A program made the translations under genes and the position numbers. Shown in pieces: positions 46,569-55,916 of a stretch of DNA of 64,000 nt. Below the pieces are notes generated by a model that did no database searches, had not been told where the DNA came from, and was given only the letters and a program-made list of their open reading frames with translations. This DNA comes from Thermoanaerobaculia bacterium (GTDB taxonomy: Bacteria; Acidobacteriota; Thermoanaerobaculia; Gp7-AA8): NCBI GenBank assembly GCA_035546335.1, contig DATKDP010000106.1:85311-149310 (forward strand), given 5' to 3'. Positions within the stretch are counted from its first letter, which is position 1. Each line of letters starts with the position of its first letter.

Positions 46569-46684
46569 GTCATCCTGCGCGAGGGCGGCGGGCGGGTGTG
46601 AGCGAAGGATCTGCGTTATCAGACTGTTGCCGATTGCAGATCCTTCACTCACACCCTCTCCCCGCGTCCTCGTTCAGGATGACG
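46569..46684. repeat. 115-bp palindromic hairpin element, copy 2 (copy 1 at 18146..18262)
   Basis: catcctgcgcgaggg...gtgtgagcgaaggatctgcgttatcagactgttgccgattgcagatccttcactcacac...cgttcaggatgacgg. Same arms as the 18146 copy, with compensatory changes. Confidence 0.7.
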
Positions 46685-46725
46685 GAATGGCCAGTGTCAC
46701 CGCAATTTCCTGGAACGAGAAGGCT

Positions 46726-47916
46726 ATGGATTACAAAACGCTGCTGACCCAGGTCCAGAGGACGATCGACTCGCTCGAGATTCCGGGCGATCCGCGCGGG
46801 ACGATCACGCGGATCAGCGAGACGATCGTGCGGAACTTCCGCGATCAGCTCGGAATCACCGGGGGAAGGCTGTACGAGCTCGGCGACGAGGGGTACGAGC
46901 TGGTTGCCCGGTTCGGTAAGTCGAACAAGGAGCCGCTCGGAATTCAGGTACCGCTCGAATACCGGCCGATCGAGCTGGTACGCGAGAACGGAATCGTGGT
47001 CATGGATCCGAGCGATCCGGGATTCGATCCCGTGCTCGAGAAGAAGCTCGGAGCGAACCGCTTCGCGGCGATCACCGTCGGCGACGAAGGACACATTCTG
47101 AGCTTCAACGTCAGCCGCGAGAGCAGTCGCGACGACATTCTCTTTTCGCTGAATCTGATCCGCTACTCGATCAATCAGAAGCTCCGGGCACAGCGTTACG
47201 AGTCGATCATCGCCGAAGCGCAGAGAATTCAGCAGTCGATCCTTCCGCAGCGAATTCCGCCGTTCGAAGGCTACGAGATGCACGCACGCTCCGTCTCGGC
47301 CGAGGTCGTCAGCGGTGACTTCTATGACTTCATACCGATCTCCAACAACGTTCTCGGCGTCGCCATCGCCGATGCCTCCGGCCATGGGCTGCCGGCGGCG
47401 CTGATGGCGCGCGATATCTATGTGGGACTGCGGATGGGGACGGGGCGCGATTTCAAAATCATCCGAACTCTCGAGAAGCTGAACCAGATCATTCACCGCG
47501 GCCGTCTCACAACGAAGTTCGTCTCTCTCTTTTACGGCGAGCTCGAGAGTGGTGGTGTGCTCATCTACTCGAACGCCGGACACAATCCGCCATTCATCGT
47601 CAAGCGGAATCGGATCGAGCTTCTGCGCTCCGGGGGCACCGTTCTCGGGCCGACCCCGGACGCCACGTATACTCGTGGCTATGTTCGGATGGAGGCGGGA
47701 GACATTCTCTGTCTCTACACCGATGGAGTCGTCGAGGCGCGGGACACGAAGGGGATGGAGTTCGGACTGGAACGGCTCGAGCGTGTGATCCGGGCGAACA
47801 GGCAGAAATCGACGCAGGAGATCGTCCAGGCGGTCTTTCAACGACTCGATCGATGGTCGAAGATGGTCGAGGACGATCGAACGCTCGTCGCCGTCAAGGC
47901 AACGGCGTCGTCATGA
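46726..47916 (+). CDS. GAF domain-containing PP2C-family serine phosphatase (RsbU/SpoIIE-like)
   Basis: Start MDYKTLLTQ after the hairpin element. C-terminal SpoIIE/PP2C region (SGDFYDF...DASGHGLPAALMA...DGVVEARD). Confidence 0.8.
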   Translation: MDYKTLLTQVQRTIDSLEIPGDPRGTITRISETIVRNFRDQLGITGGRLYELGDEGYELVARFGKSNKEPLGIQVPLEYRPIELVRENGIVVMDPSDPGFDPVLEKKLGANRFAAITVGDEGHILSFNVSRESSRDDILFSLNLIRYSINQKLRAQRYESIIAEAQRIQQSILPQRIPPFEGYEMHARSVSAEVVSGDFYDFIPISNNVLGVAIADASGHGLPAALMARDIYVGLRMGTGRDFKIIRTLEKLNQIIHRGRLTTKFVSLFYGELESGGVLIYSNAGHNPPFIVKRNRIELLRSGGTVLGPTPDATYTRGYVRMEAGDILCLYTDGVVEARDTKGMEFGLERLERVIRANRQKSTQEIVQAVFQRLDRWSKMVEDDRTLVAVKATASS

Positions 47917-48782
47917 TGACCGACACTCTCTACATCAACGGCCGATTCACGACGACCGGCGAGAAAGTCATCGGCATCGAGGACCGCGGCCTCCAGTTCG
48001 GTGACGGAGTCTATGAGGCGATCAAGTTCCTTCGCCGGCGCCTGATCTTCGGCGCCGATCATCACCGGAGGATGGAGCAGGGGCTTCGCGAGATCGACAT
48101 TCCGTCGCCCTGGAGTCAGGACGAATTCGACGCGGTGATGTCGCAGCTTCTCCAGCGGACGTCGTTCGACGTGGGGTTCGTCTACGTTCAGGTCACCCGC
48201 GGCGAATGCGAGCGCGTCCACTTCTATCCCGACGGTCTGCAGCCGACGGTGATCGCCTACAGCCGGAGGTTTCAGTTTCCCGATGCTGCGAAGAAGGCCG
48301 CGGGGATCCGAATCATCACGACAGAGGACACTCGTTGGAAGTACTGCGACGTGAAATCGACGAATCTTCTGGGAAACGTGCTGGCCAAGAAGAGGGCGCA
48401 GCGTGCCGGCGCCGAGGAGGCGCTCTTCATCGATCGCGGGGTGGTGACGGAGGGGGCCAGCTCGAGCTTCTTTGCGGTGAGTCAGGAGCGGTTGATCACC
48501 CATCCGGTCGACCACGGGATCCTGCCCGGAACGGTGCGCGATCGCGTCATCACGCTGGCCCTCTCGGAGAGGATCCGCGTCGACGAACGCCCTCTCCGTG
48601 ACGATGAGCTCTACAGCCTCGATGAGGCGTTCATCACCAGTACGACACAGGGAGTGATGCCGGTGTGCGAGATCGACGACCGGGCCGTCGGCAACGGCCG
48701 GCGCGGTGAGATCACGCAGCGATTTCAGCGTCTCTTCGACGAGCTCGAAGCGACCGAGGCCGCCGGAGGGCACTTCATGTGA
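47913..48782 (+). CDS. class IV (D-amino-acid / branched-chain) aminotransferase
   Basis: ATGA start/stop overlap with the phosphatase gene. Fold-type IV PLP motifs (GDGVYEAIKF ... CDVKSTNLLGNVLAK catalytic Lys context ... EAFITSTT). Confidence 0.75.
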   Translation: MMTDTLYINGRFTTTGEKVIGIEDRGLQFGDGVYEAIKFLRRRLIFGADHHRRMEQGLREIDIPSPWSQDEFDAVMSQLLQRTSFDVGFVYVQVTRGECERVHFYPDGLQPTVIAYSRRFQFPDAAKKAAGIRIITTEDTRWKYCDVKSTNLLGNVLAKKRAQRAGAEEALFIDRGVVTEGASSSFFAVSQERLITHPVDHGILPGTVRDRVITLALSERIRVDERPLRDDELYSLDEAFITSTTQGVMPVCEIDDRAVGNGRRGEITQRFQRLFDELEATEAAGGHFM

Positions 48783-49467
48783 GATCGCCGTCGCTGCTCG
48801 CTGGGGTGCACCCGTCTTCGACGTTCTTCAGATAGAAAGAGAGCGATTCGAGGTTGATCCTGAGGTCCACACTCTTGACTTTGACGCCGGCGCGGCCCCT
48901 GATCTGCACCGGTGCGAAATTAAGCACTGCGCAAATCCCGGCATCCACCATCGAATCACAGACTGCCTGCGCCTCCTCAGCCGGCACCGCGATGATCCCG
49001 ATCTCGACTCGTTCGCGGGCGACGAGCTCGCCGAGATGATCGAAAGAGAGGATCGGGATCCCACTCCGTGTCCTGCGATCGGTCTTTTTCGGGTCGCTGT
49101 CGACGAGGGCGGCGATGTGAAACCCGCTGCTGTTGAAACCGCGGTACCCCGCCAGCGCCATCCCGAGATTTCCTGCGCCGACGATGATCATTCTGCGGGC
49201 ACGGTCGATTCCGAGCGTGCGGATCAGATGTTCTTTCAGAAGCGTGACGTTGTATCCCACGCCGCGAATGCCGAAGTCGCCGAACTGAGCGAGGTCCTTT
49301 CGGATCTGAGCGGAGTTGAGATGGAAGCGTCGTGCGAGCTCCGCCGACGAGACGGTTTTCTGATTCAGCGACTCGAGATAGGTGAGGCAGCGGAGGTAGA
49401 TCGACAGCCGGCTCGTCGTCAGCTCGGATATCGGTTCTCGTGAAACAGCGGGCCTGGAAGCTTCCAT
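48775..49467 (-). CDS. rex: redox-sensing transcriptional repressor Rex
   Basis: wHTH N-domain (ISSAELARRFHLNSAQIRKDLAQFGDFG...GYNV). Rossmann NADH-sensing domain (MIIVGAGNLGMALAGY). 10 nt downstream of nuoN. Confidence 0.9.
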   Translation of the reverse strand: MEASRPAVSREPISELTTSRLSIYLRCLTYLESLNQKTVSSAELARRFHLNSAQIRKDLAQFGDFGIRGVGYNVTLLKEHLIRTLGIDRARRMIIVGAGNLGMALAGYRGFNSSGFHIAALVDSDPKKTDRRTRSGIPILSFDHLGELVARERVEIGIIAVPAEEAQAVCDSMVDAGICAVLNFAPVQIRGRAGVKVKSVDLRINLESLSFYLKNVEDGCTPASSDGDLT

Positions 49468-49476
49468 GAGAAAGGG

Positions 49477-50931
49477 TCAGCGCCCGAGCAGCGAGAGCGC
49501 TGCCTCGAGCGCAGTATCGAACAGCGGAGTGGGAAACAAACCGATCACCATGATGCCGGCCATCGAGATCGCCAGCGCGCCGGTTGCGAAGGGGCCGGCG
49601 TGGATCGCAGGGGCCGTACCGGAATCCTTCATGTAGAGGAAATAGACGACGCGCAGGTAGTAGTAGACGGAGACGATGCTGGTGAGAATGCCGATGAGGG
49701 CGATGCCGACGTGACCTGAATCGACGGCGACCTTGAAGATGTAGAACTTGGCGATGAAGCCCGCGGTCGGCGGCAGTCCGGCGAGCGAGAACATGCAGAT
49801 GGCGAGCGCCAGGCCATAGTAAGGCCGGCGGAAGCCGAGTCCGGCGATATCGTCGAGAGTCTGCGGATCGTTCTGATTCTTCGCCAGCAGCGACACGACG
49901 CCGAACGCGCCGATGTTCATGAAGGCATAGACGATCGCGTAGATGGCGATGGCGGCGATCGAATCGGGCCGGATGGTCAGCAGCGCGATCATCATGTAAC
50001 CGACGTGCGCGATTCCGGAGTAGGCGAGAAGCCGCTTGAGATCGCGCTGCGCTATGGCGACGAAGTTTCCGATGACCATCGAAGCGATCGCGAGAAAGGC
50101 GAGGATTCCCGTCCAGTTGCCGGCCTCGGACAGCGGGACCACCGCATCGAGCAGTCGAGCCAGCGCGATCAGGGTCGCCGCTTTCGGTGCGACCGAAAGC
50201 CATGCCGCGACGGGAGTGGGCGCCCCCTGATAGACGTCGGGAGCCCAGGCGTGAAACGGAGCGAGCGCCAGCTTGAATCCGAGCCCGCCGATGAGCATCA
50301 CGAAGGCGATGGTGAGCATCGGCGTCAGCGCTCCCTCGCGCTGCGCATAGGCGGCGAGATCGGCGACGTGGGTCGAACCGGTGGCCCCGTAGAAGAGGGC
50401 GATGCCGTAGAGAATGAAGCCGGTGGCGAAGGCCCCCATCAGGAAGTATTTCAGGCTCGCTTCATTGGAGATCAGAGCACGGCGGTGATATCCGACGAGA
50501 ACGAAGATGCAGATCGAGAGGAGCTCGAGCCCCAGAACGACGATCAGAAGATCGAGGCCCTTGGCCATCATCATCATTCCCATCGTGCCCCAGAGCAGAA
50601 GCGCGTAGAACTCGCCCCCTTCCAGCCGCTCGCGCTGAAGATAGTCGCGCGCGAACATCACGGCGAGAAGCGCGGCGAGGAGGAACGTGAAGTCGAACAG
50701 GCGGGTGATCGCGGAGATCTGATAGGTTCCGCCGAAATACGACCCTCCCGGCACGACCAGCTCGCTCATGCCCGTCACCACGAGCACGATGACCGTCAGC
50801 GGCGCGAAGAGGCCGCGCAGGCGTGGGAGAAAGGCGTCGAGCAGGATGAGAACGATTCCGAAGCCGGCCAGGAGGATCTCCGGCAGGATCGCGCCGAGCC
50901 AGCCCGGTTCCAGCAGCGGATTCAGCGTCAT
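49477..50931 (-). CDS. nuoN: NADH-quinone oxidoreductase subunit N
   Basis: 484 aa. 14-TM antiporter-like subunit. ATGA overlap with nuoM. Confidence 0.9.
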   Translation of the reverse strand: MTLNPLLEPGWLGAILPEILLAGFGIVLILLDAFLPRLRGLFAPLTVIVLVVTGMSELVVPGGSYFGGTYQISAITRLFDFTFLLAALLAVMFARDYLQRERLEGGEFYALLLWGTMGMMMMAKGLDLLIVVLGLELLSICIFVLVGYHRRALISNEASLKYFLMGAFATGFILYGIALFYGATGSTHVADLAAYAQREGALTPMLTIAFVMLIGGLGFKLALAPFHAWAPDVYQGAPTPVAAWLSVAPKAATLIALARLLDAVVPLSEAGNWTGILAFLAIASMVIGNFVAIAQRDLKRLLAYSGIAHVGYMMIALLTIRPDSIAAIAIYAIVYAFMNIGAFGVVSLLAKNQNDPQTLDDIAGLGFRRPYYGLALAICMFSLAGLPPTAGFIAKFYIFKVAVDSGHVGIALIGILTSIVSVYYYLRVVYFLYMKDSGTAPAIHAGPFATGALAISMAGIMVIGLFPTPLFDTALEAALSLLGR

Positions 50932-52532
50932 CGCGTGCCTCCGCCTGTCTCGGCCTTCGTTGGGGCGTCACGAAGACGATCGGGCTCCAGATGTGCGACG
51001 CGCCGTGCATGAGGATCGATGCCATCCACGAGATGCGTCCCGGGTGCGCTGCGGCCCGCCTGCACGCTCGTCAGGAGCTGCTGGACCGACGGAGTCATCT
51101 TCCGCAGAAAGGTTCCGGGGAAGAATCCGATCCAGAACATCAGAATCACCAGCGGCAGAACGGCGACGAGCTCGTGCCATCTCATGTCGCGCACCGTGCG
51201 GTTTTCTTCCCTGGTGATTGGCCCGAAGAGCACCTTCTGCAGCATCAGCAGAAGGTAGAGAGCGGCGAGGATCACGCCGGTCGCGGCGATGGTTGCGAAC
51301 AGGGGGCTCCAGCGGAACGAGCCTGCGAGAATGAGAAATTCGCCGACGAATCCGTTGAGGCCGGGCAATCCCGCGGACGAGAGCGTCGCGATCACGAAGA
51401 TCGTCGCGAACAGAGGCATCGATTTCGCGAGGCCGCCGAAGTCTTCCATGAGGCGCGTGTGCCGCCGTTCGTAGATGACTCCGACGAGAAGGAAGAGCGC
51501 GCCGGTCGACAGGCCGTGGTTGATCATCTGGAGGATCGATCCCTCCATCGCCGCCTGGTCGAGCGCAAAGATTCCGAGAACGCAGAATCCGAGATGCGAG
51601 ACGGAGGAGTAGGCGACGAGCTTCTTCAGATCGGCCTGTACCCAGGCCACGAGTGCTCCGTAGATGATGCCGATCACCGCGAGTGTCGCGAGCCACGGAG
51701 CATAACGAGCCGTCGCTTCGGGAAAGAATGGAAGGACGAATCGGATGAAGCCGTACGTGCCGATCTTCAGAAGAACGCCGGCGAGGATGATCGAGCCGCC
51801 GGTCGGCGCCTCGACGTGCGCGTCCGGGAGCCAGGTATGCAGCGGGAACAGCGGTACCTTGATGGCGAAGGCGAGAGCGAATGCAAAAAACAGCATCGCC
51901 TGGACGTTGAAGGGAATCGAGATGGCGTAGAGATCGGAGATCGCGAAGCTGGGAATGCCCGTCTCCTGATACTGGAGGAACACCAGATAGATGATCGCCA
52001 GGAGCATCAGCAGCGAGCCGGCGATGGTGAAGAGAAAGAACTTGATCGCGGCATAGACCCGGTTGGCTCCGCCCCACACGCCGATGATCAGATACATCGG
52101 GAGCAGCATCAGCTCGAAGAAGATGTAGAAGACCAGAAGATCGAGAGCGAGAAACGTACCGATCATCCCGAGCTCGAGCACCAGCATCGCGATCACATAC
52201 TCCTTGACGTACTTCGTGATCGAAGTGCGGGAAGCGAGTAGAACGACGGGAGTCAGAAGCGTGGTCAGAAGGACGAGCCACAGCGAGATCCCGTCGACCC
52301 CGAGCGAATAGTTGATTCCCCACGAGGGGATCCATGGCCTCGTCTCGACGAGCTGGAATCCCGCCTCTCCCTCCCGGAACCGCCCGAGCATCACCAGGGA
52401 AACGAGGAAGGTGGCGAGAGAGACGAGAAGGCCTCCGGTCTTGAACACCTCGTCACGCCCGCGCGGAACGGCGACGAGGATGACCGCTCCGACGAGCGGC
52501 AGCCAAAGAATCGTGCTGAGAAGATTGTCCAT
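50928..52532 (-). CDS. nuoM: NADH-quinone oxidoreductase subunit M
   Basis: 534 aa. NuoM/ND4 family motifs. Confidence 0.9.
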   Translation of the reverse strand: MDNLLSTILWLPLVGAVILVAVPRGRDEVFKTGGLLVSLATFLVSLVMLGRFREGEAGFQLVETRPWIPSWGINYSLGVDGISLWLVLLTTLLTPVVLLASRTSITKYVKEYVIAMLVLELGMIGTFLALDLLVFYIFFELMLLPMYLIIGVWGGANRVYAAIKFFLFTIAGSLLMLLAIIYLVFLQYQETGIPSFAISDLYAISIPFNVQAMLFFAFALAFAIKVPLFPLHTWLPDAHVEAPTGGSIILAGVLLKIGTYGFIRFVLPFFPEATARYAPWLATLAVIGIIYGALVAWVQADLKKLVAYSSVSHLGFCVLGIFALDQAAMEGSILQMINHGLSTGALFLLVGVIYERRHTRLMEDFGGLAKSMPLFATIFVIATLSSAGLPGLNGFVGEFLILAGSFRWSPLFATIAATGVILAALYLLLMLQKVLFGPITREENRTVRDMRWHELVAVLPLVILMFWIGFFPGTFLRKMTPSVQQLLTSVQAGRSAPGTHLVDGIDPHARRVAHLEPDRLRDAPTKAETGGGTR

Positions 52533-52560
52533 TCCGTTTCCTCGATGCCCCCTGCGCTCG

Positions 52561-54483
52561 CTACACGTAGACCCAGATCAGAAGCAGGACTCCGAGAAAG
52601 AGCATCAGCGCATAGTTGCGAACGTACCCGGTCTGAATGAAACGCATCAGATCGCCGAATGCGGCGATCACATACGCGCCGAAGGCGAGCGTTCCGTCGA
52701 TGATCAGGTCGATGACTTTCCAGAAGAAGCGTGCGATCCGATGCAACGGTCCGACGACGAAGGCGTCGTACGTCTCGTCGACCCAGTACTTGTTCTCCAG
52801 CGTCTCCGCCACTCCCGGCAGGCGCTTGCCGAACGCCTCGTCGGCCGCGAGTCCTCGTTTCGCGTACGCGCTTCGCGCGAGGAGCCACCCGGCTACGGCG
52901 ACGAGGGTGGAGATGATCATCACCATCCATTCCGTCGCAGCCGGAATCTCGTACACCGCGGCGCTCGGGTAGAGGGGATGCAGCCACTCGGCGAGGTAAT
53001 GGTGCAGTCCAACGAAATGGCCGATCACGTGAGGAATGCCGAGAACCCCCCCCACCGCCGACAGCGCTGCGAGCACGACGAGCGGCAGGGTCATCGTCCA
53101 GGGAGATTCGTGCAGATGATGCTCCTGCTCGTGCGTTCCACGGAAGATCCCCATGAACGTCAGGTAGAAGAGGCGGAACATGTAGAACGCGGTGCAGAAC
53201 GCGGCGGCCGTGCCGAGAAGGTAGATGAACTTTCCGGCACCCGGGAAATAGGGATTGGCCAGCGCCGAGGCGAGAATCTCGTCCTTGGAGAAAAAGCCCG
53301 ACAGGGGAGGGAATCCGGCGATGGCGATCGTGGCGATCAGGAACGTCCACGCAGTGATCGGGATCTTCTTCCACAGGCCACCCATCTTCCGGATGTCCTG
53401 CTCGCCGCTCATCGCATGGATCACCGATCCCGATCCGAGGAAGAGGCAGGCCTTGAAGAACGCATGGGTGACCAGGTGGAAGATTCCGGCGGTGAAGGCG
53501 CCGACGCCGACGCCGATGAACATGAATCCGAGCTGCGAGACGGTCGAATAGGCGAGAACCTTCTTGATGTCGTTCTGACGGATTCCGATCGTGGCAGCGA
53601 ATAGAGCGGTGACGGCTCCGATCAGCGCGACGACCATCAGCGCTTCGGGTGCGAGACGGAAGAGAATGTTCGAGCGGGCGACCAGGTAGACGCCGGCGGT
53701 CACCATCGTCGCCGCATGGATCAGAGCCGAAACGGGTGTCGGACCGGCCATCGCATCGGGAAGCCAGACGAAGAGCGGAATCTGCGCCGACTTGCCGACG
53801 GCACCGAGGAAGAGGAGCAGGCAGATCGCGGTGATGAGCCAGGGCTCGAACCCTCCGCCGGAGGCGACCTGGGCGACACGTGCGAAATCGACCGATCCGA
53901 AATGAGCGATCATCAGGAACATGGCGACGAGAAATCCGAAGTCGCCGATCCGGTTGACGATGAATGCCTTCTTTCCGGCGGCCGCGGCGCTTTCCTTCTC
54001 GTAGTAGAAGCCGATCAGCAGATAGGAGCAGAGCCCGACGCCTTCCCATCCGACGAAGATGAAAAGATAGCTGCTGCCCAGCACGAGGATGAGCATCGCG
54101 GCGAGAAAGAGATTGAGATAGGCGAAGTAGCGCGCATATCCCTCCTCGTGGCCCATGTAGCCGACCGAGTAGAGGTGGATCAGGAAGCCGATCCAGGTGA
54201 CCACGAGCACCATGACGATCGACAGCGGGTCGAGCTGAAACGCGATGTCGGTTCCGATGCCACCCGAGAGGAACCAGGTGTAGACGATGTCGAGATGCCG
54301 CTCGCCGTCATGGTAGATGGATGAATACTGGAAGACTGCAATTGTGGACGTGATCGCGGCGAGCAGCGAGGCGGCGAGCGCGACGGTCGTGACGAAGGCC
54401 TTGCCGGCTCTCGAGCCGAACAGACCGTTCAGAACGAATCCGGCGAACGGGATCAGCGGGATCAGACCGAGTTTGTCGAGCAT
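52561..54483 (-). CDS. nuoL: NADH-quinone oxidoreductase subunit L
   Basis: 640 aa. NuoL/ND5 N-terminus MLDKLGLIPLIPFAGFVLNGLFG. Long horizontal-helix region. Confidence 0.9.
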   Translation of the reverse strand: MLDKLGLIPLIPFAGFVLNGLFGSRAGKAFVTTVALAASLLAAITSTIAVFQYSSIYHDGERHLDIVYTWFLSGGIGTDIAFQLDPLSIVMVLVVTWIGFLIHLYSVGYMGHEEGYARYFAYLNLFLAAMLILVLGSSYLFIFVGWEGVGLCSYLLIGFYYEKESAAAAGKKAFIVNRIGDFGFLVAMFLMIAHFGSVDFARVAQVASGGGFEPWLITAICLLLFLGAVGKSAQIPLFVWLPDAMAGPTPVSALIHAATMVTAGVYLVARSNILFRLAPEALMVVALIGAVTALFAATIGIRQNDIKKVLAYSTVSQLGFMFIGVGVGAFTAGIFHLVTHAFFKACLFLGSGSVIHAMSGEQDIRKMGGLWKKIPITAWTFLIATIAIAGFPPLSGFFSKDEILASALANPYFPGAGKFIYLLGTAAAFCTAFYMFRLFYLTFMGIFRGTHEQEHHLHESPWTMTLPLVVLAALSAVGGVLGIPHVIGHFVGLHHYLAEWLHPLYPSAAVYEIPAATEWMVMIISTLVAVAGWLLARSAYAKRGLAADEAFGKRLPGVAETLENKYWVDETYDAFVVGPLHRIARFFWKVIDLIIDGTLAFGAYVIAAFGDLMRFIQTGYVRNYALMLFLGVLLLIWVYV

Positions 54484-54579
54484 GCAGATGCGGGCAGCGG
54501 GTGGCCTCGGTCACCCGACTGCGGATCTCCTCACGTCTCCGAATTCAGCCGGCGCGAGGAGCTCCGCTCCCGCGTCTGC

Positions 54580-54987
54580 CTATTGACCTCGTACGCGCTC
54601 TTCGTAGTCATCGGAGGAAGCGGGATCGAGCTCCCAGCGGTGCTTGTCCCTGCTTCGCTCCTTTTCTCCAACCTTCAATTCCTCGTCCTCGGCATAGGTG
54701 ACTCCCATCGCCTTGCCGATCTCGTCGACTACGTTCTGCTCCGGCGTCGCCGCGCTTCCACCCACTGCCTCTTCGCCGCTCGACTCGGCCATCTCCAGGG
54801 AGACGTCCATGTCGCCTGCGGTGAGGACCGGGTCGGCGCCCGGGCTCTCGCGACGCCGGCGTTTCAGCTGCTCGGTGCCTGCCGTGATGTCGGGCACGGG
54901 AGGCTCGATCTCGTCGTCGATTCCGTTCCGGTTGCGGTCGCGATCTTCATTCACTTCCCACTGCTGCAGTTCGTCGTTTCGTTCCAT
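54580..54987 (-). CDS. acidic hypothetical protein inserted between nuoK and nuoL
   Basis: 135 aa from MERNDELQQWEV (AGGTG RBS). Strongly acidic and probably disordered. Conserved-looking C-terminus VVDEIGKAMGVTYAEDEELKVGEKERSRDKHRWELDPASSDDYEE. No TM segments. Confidence 0.45.
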   Translation of the reverse strand: MERNDELQQWEVNEDRDRNRNGIDDEIEPPVPDITAGTEQLKRRRRESPGADPVLTAGDMDVSLEMAESSGEEAVGGSAATPEQNVVDEIGKAMGVTYAEDEELKVGEKERSRDKHRWELDPASSDDYEERVRGQ

Positions 54988-55092
54988 GATTTCACACCTC
55001 TCGTATGTCGAGAGATGCGATCCCCATGCCGCACCGCACTGCCGGTTACTGTCTGATCTCAAAGAACTCCGAACCGCTCCGGGCGGTTCCGT

Positions 55093-55395
55093 TCACCAAC
55101 GCATCACAGTCGCTTCATCGACGTCGATGGTTTCCCGGTTTCTGAACAAGGCGATGAAGATCGCCAGGCCCACGGCTGCTTCTGCGGCCGCGATCGCCAT
55201 GATGAAGAATACGAAGATGTGCCCGTGCAGCGAGTGCATCTGCCGGGCGTAGCTGATGAACGTCAGATTCACCGCGTTGATCATCAGCTCGATCGACATG
55301 AAGATGATGATTCCGTTTCTGCGGGTGAGAACACCGCAGACTCCGATCCCGAAGAGGATGGCTCCCAGGACGAGATAGTAGTGGGTCGGGATCAC
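55093..55395 (-). CDS. nuoK: NADH-quinone oxidoreductase subunit K
   Basis: 100 aa. MIPTHYYLVLGAILFGIGVCGVLTRRN is the typical NuoK/ND4L sequence. The 299-aa track ORF is an artefactual 5' extension. Confidence 0.85.
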   Translation of the reverse strand: MIPTHYYLVLGAILFGIGVCGVLTRRNGIIIFMSIELMINAVNLTFISYARQMHSLHGHIFVFFIMAIAAAEAAVGLAIFIALFRNRETIDVDEATVMRW

Positions 55396-55913
55396 TGCGC
55401 GCCTCCCTGGCCGCTCTCCGGACGGGATCGCTGCGAGAGGACCAGCGCGCCCACGATCGCAGCGAGAAGCAGGATCGAGACCGCTTCGAAGGGGAAGATG
55501 TAGGCTTCGAAGAGGCGGAATCCGATGCTTCGCGGATCGCTCATGAAGCGCGTCGAAGGCAACGACGGAAAGGCGGCCCATTTGAGAATCGACCAGACGA
55601 GCGTGATGACGAAGGCGGCGCTGCCTGACCAGCCGAGGAACTGCTGAATGGGTCGGGTGGTGGGCTCTTCCTTGTGCTGGAGATTCAGAAGCATGATCAC
55701 GAAGAGGAAGAGCACCATGATGGCCCCGGCGTAGATGATCACCTGGAGGGCAGCGATGAAAGGCGCTTCGAGGAGCACATAGAGGACGGCGAGCGCGAAG
55801 AGCGATGCGACGAGCGAGATGGCGCTGACCACCGGGTTCCGATGGGTCACCACGACGATCGCGAAGACGACCGCGACCGTGGCGAAGAAGTAGAAAACGA
55901 TCCACTCGAGCAT
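55392..55913 (-). CDS. nuoJ: NADH-quinone oxidoreductase subunit J
   Basis: 173 aa. NuoJ/ND6-like TM pattern. ATGA overlap with nuoK. Confidence 0.85.
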   Translation of the reverse strand: MLEWIVFYFFATVAVVFAIVVVTHRNPVVSAISLVASLFALAVLYVLLEAPFIAALQVIIYAGAIMVLFLFVIMLLNLQHKEEPTTRPIQQFLGWSGSAAFVITLVWSILKWAAFPSLPSTRFMSDPRSIGFRLFEAYIFPFEAVSILLLAAIVGALVLSQRSRPESGQGGAQ

Positions 55914-55916
55914 CGG

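Noticed and set aside
52391-54049. 552-aa ORF overlapping nuoL/nuoM, and the 50968..52335 / 50991..52241 ORFs
   Set aside because: Out-of-frame or antisense to canonical complex I subunit genes.
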